A stretch of DNA of 24,000 nucleotides from Mucilaginibacter terrae (GTDB taxonomy: Bacteria > Bacteroidota > Bacteroidia > Sphingobacteriales > Sphingobacteriaceae), in contig NZ_JBHTMJ010000012.1 in assembly GCF_042679325.1 (NCBI RefSeq), positions 198,766 through 222,765 of the forward strand. The letters are read 5' to 3'. Each line of letters starts with the position of its first letter. Position 1 is the stretch's first letter. The position numbers and the translations under genes were made by a program. This document shows, piece after piece, positions 14,742-22,609 of this stretch. The notes below the pieces were generated by a model. That model ran no database searches, had not been told where the DNA came from, and saw only the letters and a list, made by a program, of their open reading frames with translations.

Positions 14742-15896
14742 ATGCAAGCCATAAACACTTGTGAGTCTTCTCCAAAATTATTCAAAATTGAGCCGAAAGA
14801 AGCAATGCGGATCGCGGTCATTGTACCAGTAAAAAACGAAGCAGAAGGATTGGTGCGTACCCTGGATGCTCTAAGGATGCAAAAGGATGAAACAGGTTTG
14901 CCGCTCCATCCTTCAATATACGAAGTGTTACTATTAGCTAATAATTGTACGGACAACACTTTTAAGATTGCTCAGCAATATCAGACCCTATTCCCAAGAT
15001 TTAACCTGCATATCTCCGAGATTGATCTGCCAAAACCTGATGCTCATATCGGCACGGTAAGAAGAATGATGATGGATGAGGCTTATGAAAGATTTATGTC
15101 CATCGGACAAGCAAAAGGAATAATAGTATCTACCGATGGGGATAGTGAGGTTGACAGCCAGTGGATTCATTTTATATTAATAGAAATGGATAAAGGAAAT
15201 GATGTGGTAGGAGGGCGCATATTAACAAGAAACACACCATCATTATCAAAAATGCATCATTTAAGGGATGTGAGTTACCGGTATCATTTAAGCCGACTCG
15301 AATCTATACTGGATCCGTCTCAATTTGATCCTTGGCCACGGCATTTTCAGTGCTACGGTCCAAGTTTGGCTGTAACGTGCGATATTTATCATAAGGCGGG
15401 GCGTATTCCGGCTATTCCATACCTGGAGGACGAAGAGTTCAGAAAAGCGCTTTACCGGATTGATGCCAAAGTAAGAAAATCACCCTTGGTTAAAGTGTAC
15501 ACATCCGCCAGACTTATAGGCAAAGTAACTTTTGGGTTTTCCGTACAGTTGAAGCAATGGGGAGATATGACGCTTGAAAATCAGCAGCAACAGGTAGAAC
15601 CGCTGCCCTCACTAATCCAGAAAACTAAAGTCAAAAATGAATTGCGCCAAGTATGGAAAAGTAAGGAAGAACTATATGCTGAAGATCACCGCTTGCAAAA
15701 AATTAGCACGGGGTTGATGCTGGATCTGCAGTGGCTCTATGAAAGGATCAGCGCATCCTCCTATTTTGGCGAGTTATGGGAATCAATAGAAGACGAACTG
15801 GAAAACGGACGCTGGAGAGAAGTTCATTCGTTGGAACCTATTTCCCAGGTAATCAGTAATTTTAGGCAATTTTTTTATGGTGCAAATTTGGCTTAA
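14742..15896 (+). CDS. Family-2 glycosyltransferase (GT-A fold)
   Basis: It has the N-terminal motif RIAVIVPVKNEAEGLVRTLDALRMQ and an acidic motif STDGDSEVD. An alternative start MRIAVIV at 14805 is possible. Confidence 0.85.
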   Translation: MQAINTCESSPKLFKIEPKEAMRIAVIVPVKNEAEGLVRTLDALRMQKDETGLPLHPSIYEVLLLANNCTDNTFKIAQQYQTLFPRFNLHISEIDLPKPDAHIGTVRRMMMDEAYERFMSIGQAKGIIVSTDGDSEVDSQWIHFILIEMDKGNDVVGGRILTRNTPSLSKMHHLRDVSYRYHLSRLESILDPSQFDPWPRHFQCYGPSLAVTCDIYHKAGRIPAIPYLEDEEFRKALYRIDAKVRKSPLVKVYTSARLIGKVTFGFSVQLKQWGDMTLENQQQQVEPLPSLIQKTKVKNELRQVWKSKEELYAEDHRLQKISTGLMLDLQWLYERISASSYFGELWESIEDELENGRWREVHSLEPISQVISNFRQFFYGANLA

Positions 15897-16714
15897 TGAA
15901 AAATGTATCGGTCGTGATTCTTGTCAGGGAGCGCCATTCCGCCCTTTGCCAAACTATGCTGGGTTTGGCAAAGGGTCAGCACTTACCGGGAGAACTTATC
16001 GTAGTGAACATGAATCAGATTCCGGGCGAGCTGCCCGATATGCCTTTCCCTGTAAGGCAGATCAGCATTTGCTCCGTTGCTATGCTTCCACTTGCTGAAG
16101 CAAGAAATGAGGGTATGGCTGCCAGCTTTTATAAACGGATAGTTTTCCTTGATGTAGATTGCATTCCGGCACCGAATATGCTCACGATTTACGGAGAACA
16201 GTGGGACGATAACCAGTTGCTTTCTGGCCAGGTACGTTATTTGCCGGCCCTTGCTGCCGGAAAGGCTTATGACCAAGAAAACCTTCATGCTCACAGCATT
16301 GCCGACCCGTTAAGGTCAGGGCTGGCTGAACTCCCTTATGAACTTTTTTGGTCTTTAAATTTTGGGTCCAGTAAAACTTTGTTTGCCTTAATCGGCGGCT
16401 TTGATGTGGGTTTTCAAGGCTATGGTGCAGAAGATACCGACTTTGCCTTCGCTGCGCGTCAAAAAAACGTCCCTGTCAAGAATATTCAGGCAACTGCTTA
16501 CCACCAGTACCATGAGAGTTACTCACCGCCGTTAAATCATCTTTCGGATATCATTGCTAATGCAAATCGCTTTTACATCAAATGGAAAAAATGGCCAATG
16601 GAAGGATGGCTATTGAAATTTGAAGAAGCAGGATTGATTTCCCGGACGGGAACCAACATACAATTATTGCGCAAGCCTACCCATGTAGAGATCCAATTAG
16701 CCTTAAAGATCTGA
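15896..16714 (+). CDS. GT-A fold glycosyltransferase (GT2 / galactosyltransferase-like)
   Basis: It has VSVVILVRERHSAL, the DxD motif FLDVDCIP, and GYGAEDTDFAF, which resembles the galactosyltransferase C-terminal region. Its start overlaps the upstream stop (TAATG). Confidence 0.8.
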   Translation: MKNVSVVILVRERHSALCQTMLGLAKGQHLPGELIVVNMNQIPGELPDMPFPVRQISICSVAMLPLAEARNEGMAASFYKRIVFLDVDCIPAPNMLTIYGEQWDDNQLLSGQVRYLPALAAGKAYDQENLHAHSIADPLRSGLAELPYELFWSLNFGSSKTLFALIGGFDVGFQGYGAEDTDFAFAARQKNVPVKNIQATAYHQYHESYSPPLNHLSDIIANANRFYIKWKKWPMEGWLLKFEEAGLISRTGTNIQLLRKPTHVEIQLALKI

Positions 16715-17776
16715 TCAGGGCGAACCGAAAAGCTGTATCGCCAACTGATCTATTGCCGCGGCAACTTGTGAAAGGGCCTGCTCATTGATAATTCCCTGCC
16801 ATTCAGGCTGCGAGCGGCTCAACTTGTCAAGTATATCCTGCCAATCGGTTTTAAAGAGCGCTTCGGGCATAACCAACGGGATAGCGAAGTGTCGTTGAAT
16901 GAGTAAAGCTTTTTGCAACTGCTCCTCGAACGGGCGTTTCTCAGGAATACAGATAAATGCTTTTTGTAAATCGGCGACCTCCATCACGGTATTGTGACCG
17001 GCGTTGCCGATCACAATACGGCATATATTGAGTACGGTTTCAGGCTCAGCACATCTCCCGTGAAAGGAAACGTTCCCCGATGACCAGTTTTGAGTGGCTA
17101 TATCACCAAGAATATGGAAATGATGCTCCGGGCAAACCCTTGCTATATGCCTGATAAAAGAAAGGCTGATACTGGTGCCCCCTCTTCCGGTTATTACAGC
17201 GACGCATTTGTCATCGCCTATAGTCAATGCTGTTTTTTTTAAGCCGGTATATCTGGAAAAACCGCCTGCAAAAAAAGTTTTTTCATCCACCCATTTTATA
17301 GAACCTGTACGTAGCCTCTCGGGATAAGGCGCCAACAGCAGAGATGCGCTTTGATAAGCAGCCAGGTGAGCAGTATCATTTCGGCTGCCGTGCTGGCGCA
17401 TGACAATCGACGGTATGCCGGATAACCTGGCAAACAGAGCGACCTCAACAGAAACATCAACGATCAAAATAATAGGGTAGGTGGCTGCAAAAAAATCACT
17501 TAGCAGTTGGTTTCTTAGGCGAATGCCGGTAACATTTAAAGGTGCATAGTGCAGGCAATCGACCGCAGTACCCGCAACGTAAGCATGGTCGTCTTCATCA
17601 GGCACGTCCGCAGGTAAATGAATACACCGGATCGACGGGGGAATGACGGTTTGATAATCCCGCATACCGCTTCCCAAAAAGGTAATCGGCCTATCCAAAT
17701 GCGCAGCTATAGCCAGCGCGCGCATCAGATGCCCTGAGCCATGATGATGAATGTAAAAGCCGATATTATAGCTCAT
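16715..17776 (-). CDS. GT-B fold glycosyltransferase (GT1/GT28, MurG-like)
   Basis: It has IHHHGSGHLMRALAIAAHL at the N-terminus and GNAGHNTVMEVADLQKAFICIPEKRPFEEQ in the C-terminal nucleotide-sugar binding region. The track start at 17800 is TTG. I prefer the ATG at 17776 (MSYNIGFY), which overlaps the upstream stop region. Confidence 0.75.
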   Translation of the reverse strand: MSYNIGFYIHHHGSGHLMRALAIAAHLDRPITFLGSGMRDYQTVIPPSIRCIHLPADVPDEDDHAYVAGTAVDCLHYAPLNVTGIRLRNQLLSDFFAATYPIILIVDVSVEVALFARLSGIPSIVMRQHGSRNDTAHLAAYQSASLLLAPYPERLRTGSIKWVDEKTFFAGGFSRYTGLKKTALTIGDDKCVAVITGRGGTSISLSFIRHIARVCPEHHFHILGDIATQNWSSGNVSFHGRCAEPETVLNICRIVIGNAGHNTVMEVADLQKAFICIPEKRPFEEQLQKALLIQRHFAIPLVMPEALFKTDWQDILDKLSRSQPEWQGIINEQALSQVAAAIDQLAIQLFGSP

Positions 17777-19109
17777 CTGCGGACTTAATAAACACATCAA
17801 GCCGATAATCTTTGGTTCGTGTAGATGACACCGGCTTAAAGGATGGATCGTTCAAGAATACTTCGTGCACCTGATCACCTGTCAGCGGATAATCCACAAC
17901 ATAATGGGTCCAGTGAACCATGATCAAAGTACCACCGGACAGAAGACTATCTGCGATTTTTCGCTTTGCAGCCAATAGGTCTTCCAAAGAAAGATAATAT
18001 CCTACTTCACTCATGACAACTAAGTCGAAGTTTCCTTCGGGATATTCATCAGGTATCGCTGCTAGCCTGAATTCAACCTCAGGATGTTTCATTAAACGTT
18101 CACGCGCAACCTCCAGGGCAGTAGCGCTGATATCGATAGATAATAAGTGCAAGCACCTGGTGCGTAGTAATTTCGTCAGCACACCTATAGAACAGCCTAT
18201 TTCCAGTGCGTTGCTATAGGTAGCCCTAGTCAGGTAAGCTATAGTGGTAGCATACTTTTCTTTTTCATACTCGCTTGCTTCAAAATTCCAGGGATCGCGG
18301 TTCTGCTGATACAGCTGTTGAAAATATACAGCAGACAGGGTGCGTTCTTTTTTGAGTTTTTGCCGCTCCATAAAATACTCCTTGCCCGTTAAAAAGTTCC
18401 CGGTCATTTCCGCACTCAGCATAAACCCATCCAGATCATCACTAATCAGGTTGCTCACCTGTGATCGGTGGGCAGCAATAGCCCTTGTTTTCTGTTCCAA
18501 AAAAGCGGAGATGTCGACGGCTATTAATTCCCCGGCGCCTAATACCGGAATGTCCGCATCCTCTGCGTTTTGGTACAGCCAGATTGGGTATTCCCAAACG
18601 GTAATGCCGTTGTTCTTCACTTCTTCCAACGCGGCGGTCAATAACTGCCAGGTGGCTCGGTGATCACAATGCGGGTCCAATTCATAGGGAACCAGGCACA
18701 GCTTAGGATTGGTAGTATGAATAATGTCTTTCAACATTTCTTTAAAGCCAATGAAACCCTCGTCATCCTTACCAGGCAGTGCGGCATCCCGGCCATGTAA
18801 AAAGTGAATATGTTCTCCAGAAACCTGCAGTAAAGCCAATGCCTCCTTAATCTCTTTTTCGCGCAGGGCGATACGGGCAGCTTCGGGGTATTCCTTGGAA
18901 TTAGGATGGGACTGACTGCCGTCTGTAGTTACAACGATCGTTACCAGACAACCTCGCTGGCGTAACAAGGTGATCAGTCCGCCGCAACCCAGTGATTCGT
19001 CGTCAGGATGTGGTGCTAATACCAGGCAGCTGTCAATGCCCATGAAAAAGTCAGGGTAAACGGGTATTGCGCTGTCCCAGAAAGCGACTTTATTAAATGG
19101 ATTGGGCAT
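17766..19109 (-). CDS. Fusion protein: PIG-L/LmbE-family de-N-acetylase (N-terminal) plus class-I SAM methyltransferase, NodS-like (C-terminal)
   Basis: The PIG-L motifs are VLAPHPDDESLGCGGLI and DPHCDHRAT. The SAM-binding motif is ALEIGCSIGVLTKLL, followed by FDLVVMSEVGYYL. It overlaps the upstream ACAD-like gene by 17 nt. Confidence 0.85.
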   Translation of the reverse strand: MPNPFNKVAFWDSAIPVYPDFFMGIDSCLVLAPHPDDESLGCGGLITLLRQRGCLVTIVVTTDGSQSHPNSKEYPEAARIALREKEIKEALALLQVSGEHIHFLHGRDAALPGKDDEGFIGFKEMLKDIIHTTNPKLCLVPYELDPHCDHRATWQLLTAALEEVKNNGITVWEYPIWLYQNAEDADIPVLGAGELIAVDISAFLEQKTRAIAAHRSQVSNLISDDLDGFMLSAEMTGNFLTGKEYFMERQKLKKERTLSAVYFQQLYQQNRDPWNFEASEYEKEKYATTIAYLTRATYSNALEIGCSIGVLTKLLRTRCLHLLSIDISATALEVARERLMKHPEVEFRLAAIPDEYPEGNFDLVVMSEVGYYLSLEDLLAAKRKIADSLLSGGTLIMVHWTHYVVDYPLTGDQVHEVFLNDPSFKPVSSTRTKDYRLDVFIKSADEL

Positions 19110-20238
19110 CTTCAGATTGATGTTTTATGAAATGATCGGCAATAGCCAGTCTGGTCGCATCCGGCGCTGGCTGGCGCAAGTAAAAAGTAAGGTCCCTGTT
19201 CAGACGTTCAAGTGGTGATGGAGACATTAGCCCCCTTGCGCCTACACATTGGTTACTGGCCTGCATAACCCGCAAACCGATCTCTTCAATTACCGTACGC
19301 GTCATATTAGCAAAAGCAATGAGTTCACCCGAACGTTCAGAATCATTAACCCAGTTGTCAAAGTTCTTGCCTGCCTGATGTAGCCATAGTTCCCCGGTTG
19401 TAATATCTATCAGCATAGCGGCCAATCTGGCTTTTTGGAACGGATCGCCGGTACGCTCCATCGCAGACAAGTAATCCATAGTATGTCCGAGAATAGCCTC
19501 GGCGCCGCCGAACTGTACCGCAGCGAACCGTATGGCACCGCTGTTGAAATAAGGTTGGCCGAGGTAGTCGCCCGGCAGGCCCAACAGTTCTTGTTCCATA
19601 ATAGGGCAACCGGTAAAATCGGTGGTGAAACTTCCGGAAGCTTTCATGCCCAATGTTTCCCAGCTGTTCCTGTCCACCCTTTCTGGTCCGATCCGGCTCA
19701 TGTCGAGGATCATCATTTGCCATCCTTTCCGGTTCGGAGTATCAATGTTTCCGGTGATCAGCGCATGCGTTACAATCGATACCCCGGAACAAAATGTTTT
19801 TGCGCCATGCAGCATTAGCTGCTCTGCATTACTTTCATAAGTGATACCATTTGCTGCCTGTGTACTCCATACGCCAAAAATGGCCTGCTCGTGGAGCACC
19901 GCATCGTACCAAGCCTTTTTTTGTATCGCTGTTCCATAAAGATGTAAAAGATATAGGGCATTGATATGACCTTCATAGATACGACCAACCGAAAGATTTG
20001 CTTTGCCCACCCGTTTCAAAAGTCCAAGTAGTGCTGCGGTATCAGGTCTATTGAAATCGAGTGGTTCCCCTGGCAACACGATTTTGAGCGCACCGCATTC
20101 AGCCAGCCATTGAAACTCCTTCACCGGTGCTATTTGTGGATCATCGATATTCGATGCGTTTGCTGCTATACGCTCCAGGCAGTCTTTGAAATCTTTCAAT
20201 TCAATGTCAAATAACGTTTTTATCATGGGGTTAAACAT
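19093..20238 (-). CDS. Acyl-CoA dehydrogenase-fold flavoenzyme (function unassigned)
   Basis: 381 aa with ACAD-like middle and C-terminal segments (WETLGMKASGSFTTDFTG, FAAVQFGGAEAILGHTMDY). It overlaps the GT4 stop by 8 nt (ATGTTTAA). Confidence 0.75.
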   Translation of the reverse strand: MFNPMIKTLFDIELKDFKDCLERIAANASNIDDPQIAPVKEFQWLAECGALKIVLPGEPLDFNRPDTAALLGLLKRVGKANLSVGRIYEGHINALYLLHLYGTAIQKKAWYDAVLHEQAIFGVWSTQAANGITYESNAEQLMLHGAKTFCSGVSIVTHALITGNIDTPNRKGWQMMILDMSRIGPERVDRNSWETLGMKASGSFTTDFTGCPIMEQELLGLPGDYLGQPYFNSGAIRFAAVQFGGAEAILGHTMDYLSAMERTGDPFQKARLAAMLIDITTGELWLHQAGKNFDNWVNDSERSGELIAFANMTRTVIEEIGLRVMQASNQCVGARGLMSPSPLERLNRDLTFYLRQPAPDATRLAIADHFIKHQSEDAQSI

Positions 20239-21322
20239 TACCGGTTAAAGCTAAACGCTGCGTGACAATTGATCCTAAAAATTTTTCATACCGGGTGAGC
20301 ATTTCTTCAATACTCAACTTTGCTTCGGCATAGTTTCGGATCTTTTGACGGTCAAGCGTCATCGCCTTACGGATCGCAACGGCCAGACCGGGCGCATTGC
20401 CGGGCTCAACTAAAAAGCCCGCTTCATCTGTAACGATTTCCGGCAAGGCACCAGCCTTTACACCCGCTACCGGCGTTCCGCAGGCCAACGCTTCGGCTAC
20501 CACCAAACCGAATGGCTCCTGCCATACTGGAGTGATCAGACAAACCTTGGCCTCACCGATAAGCCGGTTAAGCTGCTGATGATCCAGAAGACCCATCATT
20601 TGGGTATTGTCGTCCAGCAACGGTTCTATTTTCTCTGAATAATATTTCTTATCTCCAATGCCACCAGCTACTTTCAAGGGTATTCCGGCCAGCTTTGCTG
20701 CCCGAATGGCTAGGTCAAGCCCCTTATCAGGATGAATACGGCCAAACCACACCGCATAATTATTCTGTGTGCCCGTTGGATAGTACGTCCATTTGGCAAG
20801 ATCAATGCCGTTATAAATAAAAGGGCAATCGGGAATAAATTCTTTCCAGTTGTCTGCGTTAGATTGGGATACGGTAACATAATAGATGTTTTTAAATCGC
20901 TGTTCTGCGCGAGTCGCCAGTTGAAGCTCATAAAAGGGCGGTGTATGCAGAACGGTAACCATGGGCGTTTTTATAACACCCGCCATAGTGATCGGTACAT
21001 AATGCAGGCTGTTATTAAAAACTACATCCAGCTCGAGCGCATCAATCTCCGTCATCATGCGGTAATAAGCATGGTGTTCCGCGATATATTCTGAACTCAA
21101 ATCCGGCTTCTTAGGCCGCATTCCGTTACTTGCGTCATAAGATATATCGTCCAAAATTGGATGCAATGTCCCACCTGCCGTTGAGGAAGAACTGGCAAAG
21201 AGGACCACCTCATGTCCCCGCTGAGTCAGACGGTGCGTAATTTCATATGTAAAGGCCTCAAGCCCACCCGCAAATGGCGCCTTAATAGGATGTTTTAGAT
21301 GTGCAATGACGCCAATTTTCAT
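20231..21322 (-). CDS. Family-4 glycosyltransferase (GT-B, 'group 1')
   Basis: It begins MKIGVIAHL...GGLEAFTYEITHRLTQRGHEVVLFA and carries the C-terminal motif EPFGLVVAEALACGTPV (E-x7-E type). The track start at 21331 is TTG, so I prefer the ATG at 21322. Confidence 0.85.
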   Translation of the reverse strand: MKIGVIAHLKHPIKAPFAGGLEAFTYEITHRLTQRGHEVVLFASSSSTAGGTLHPILDDISYDASNGMRPKKPDLSSEYIAEHHAYYRMMTEIDALELDVVFNNSLHYVPITMAGVIKTPMVTVLHTPPFYELQLATRAEQRFKNIYYVTVSQSNADNWKEFIPDCPFIYNGIDLAKWTYYPTGTQNNYAVWFGRIHPDKGLDLAIRAAKLAGIPLKVAGGIGDKKYYSEKIEPLLDDNTQMMGLLDHQQLNRLIGEAKVCLITPVWQEPFGLVVAEALACGTPVAGVKAGALPEIVTDEAGFLVEPGNAPGLAVAIRKAMTLDRQKIRNYAEAKLSIEEMLTRYEKFLGSIVTQRLALTGNV

Positions 21323-21331
21323 GTTAAGCAA

Positions 21332-22237
21332 TGGATGAATTTATTATTAGAATTTTTTTAGAATAAACAAGTAGCTAATAGACTTGTTTTATGAACAAAT
21401 TTTTATAAAAGCAAACTTGTTACCGCGAACAAAGTATTCCGGTAGGAGGGGTTGAGCCATCGCCTCTATTTATTTTGTCAGCGCTTCTTCCCCAGCCAGA
21501 TCGACTCTGAAACATCGCCGTCAGATGGATTTCACAGTTTGTGAATAATTTGTAAGCTCAATAGGCTTCGCAACTTTAAACATAACGATGCATCACCAAT
21601 CCAGTGATTTTGGTAATGAATTAATGAAAAATGTATGAAATAGCCTCAGCAACCCGCCGCGAGTCGTAAACCAGGTTGCAGGTTTTAAAAACTTACCAGT
21701 GTAATTAGCTGCATGGCTGATACCGGGCGTATTTAAAAAGACCGGGAAAGATCACATACATTGATTTTTCGCCAGACAGACAGACAGTTCCGCCTTAAAA
21801 CCTTCATGCCAACCTCTGAAGCTAAAATCAGAAGCCGTGTAACCGCCGCCGTATGGGACAGGAAGAAACCGGTTTTGATAACATAGTTAAGCAATTACTT
21901 TTGGCCGCTTAAACCGAACTCACGTTAATCAGCTAAATTAGGGGTTTTTCTTTTTTGAAAAGTTAAGTTCGGGAAACGTACGCTAATAAAAAAACTAAAA
22001 CAAATACATAAATATTTAAAAAAAGCATAAAAATCTATTTTTTTGTATCAGGGATTGTTGTGTTTTAAGGCGGAAGCAAATAACAGCGTTATCCAACCAT
22101 TGGCTACTGCAATTTCTTCTAAAGGATTAAAACGTTGTAAGAATCATTAAATCCAGAACTTTGGCTAATAGAAAGCGTAGTTTAGCTAAATCCACATCAT
22201 GATCGATACTGATCTTTGCCCCATAAATTAATTTATC
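21332..22237. other. ORF-free spacer at the right border of the glycosyltransferase block
   Basis: About 0.9 kb with no ORF of 60 aa or more that lies wholly inside it, in any frame of the supplied track. I recognise no RNA gene in it. Confidence 0.55.
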
Positions 22238-22609
22238 ATGAAAGCGATAAGAATCAATTATTTTGGTGGACCAGAGGTCATGAAGTTAGAAGAAATATCA
22301 CGCCCGGTACCGGCTGCAGACGAAGTTTTGGTAGAAGTATATGCCAGCGGTGTAAACCCTGTAGATTGGGTTATCAGAAGCGGCGAAAACGAAGGCTTGC
22401 GATCTTTCCTTAAATTACCAATGACATTAGGTTGGGATGCTGCCGGAGTAGTTGTGGAAACCGGAAGAGAGGTTACATCTTTGAAAGCAGGTGATCAGGT
22501 TTATGGGGTTCCTAACTTTCCGGGCGACGGAAGCTATGCGGAGTTTATGCATTTTGCCAGCTATCAAAAGTGCATTATATGCGTTTATCACACCGCCTGT
22601 ACGGCTTAG
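22238..22609 (+). pseudogene. Truncated NADPH:quinone oxidoreductase / zinc-type alcohol dehydrogenase family gene (N-terminal GroES-like part only)
   Basis: MKAIRINYFGGPEVMKLEEISRPVPAADEVLVEVYASGVNPVDW...GDQVYG...GSYAEF is a typical MDR-family N-terminus. The Rossmann domain is missing. After about aa 103 the frame reads the antisense of the converging S8 gene and stops at 22609. Confidence 0.65.

Noticed and set aside
16061-16067. A sixth copy of the heptamer TGTAAGG.
   Set aside because: It lies inside the second GT2 coding sequence, has no CGAC/CTAC 15 nt downstream (tccg instead) and no start codon nearby. I treat it as a chance occurrence.
14742-21322. Naming the GT4, PIG-L and methyltransferase genes as bshA, bshB and nmbA (an N-methyl-bacillithiol pathway).
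   Set aside because: Only the enzyme classes match. There is no BshC-like cysteine ligase, and three additional glycosyltransferases and an ACAD-fold gene are unexplained. I cannot measure sequence-level similarity to Bsh enzymes here. It is kept only as an analogy in the findings.
1664-21331. Longer N-terminal extensions offered by the ORF track: 1664 for the phosphatase-synthase, 4035 for the SMR, 9207 for the barrel protein, TTG 12628 for the sigma factor, TTG 17800 for the GT-B and TTG 21331 for the GT4.
   Set aside because: The extensions overlap the preceding gene or begin at non-ATG codons. In-frame ATGs a few codons downstream give canonical N-termini (signal peptide, MKIGV..., MSYNIGFY...). 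I used the shorter coordinates.
21773-21787. A short tetranucleotide run, (CAGA)3CAG.
   Set aside because: At under four units in a non-coding region it is too short to call a phase-variable repeat, and no gene start is adjacent.
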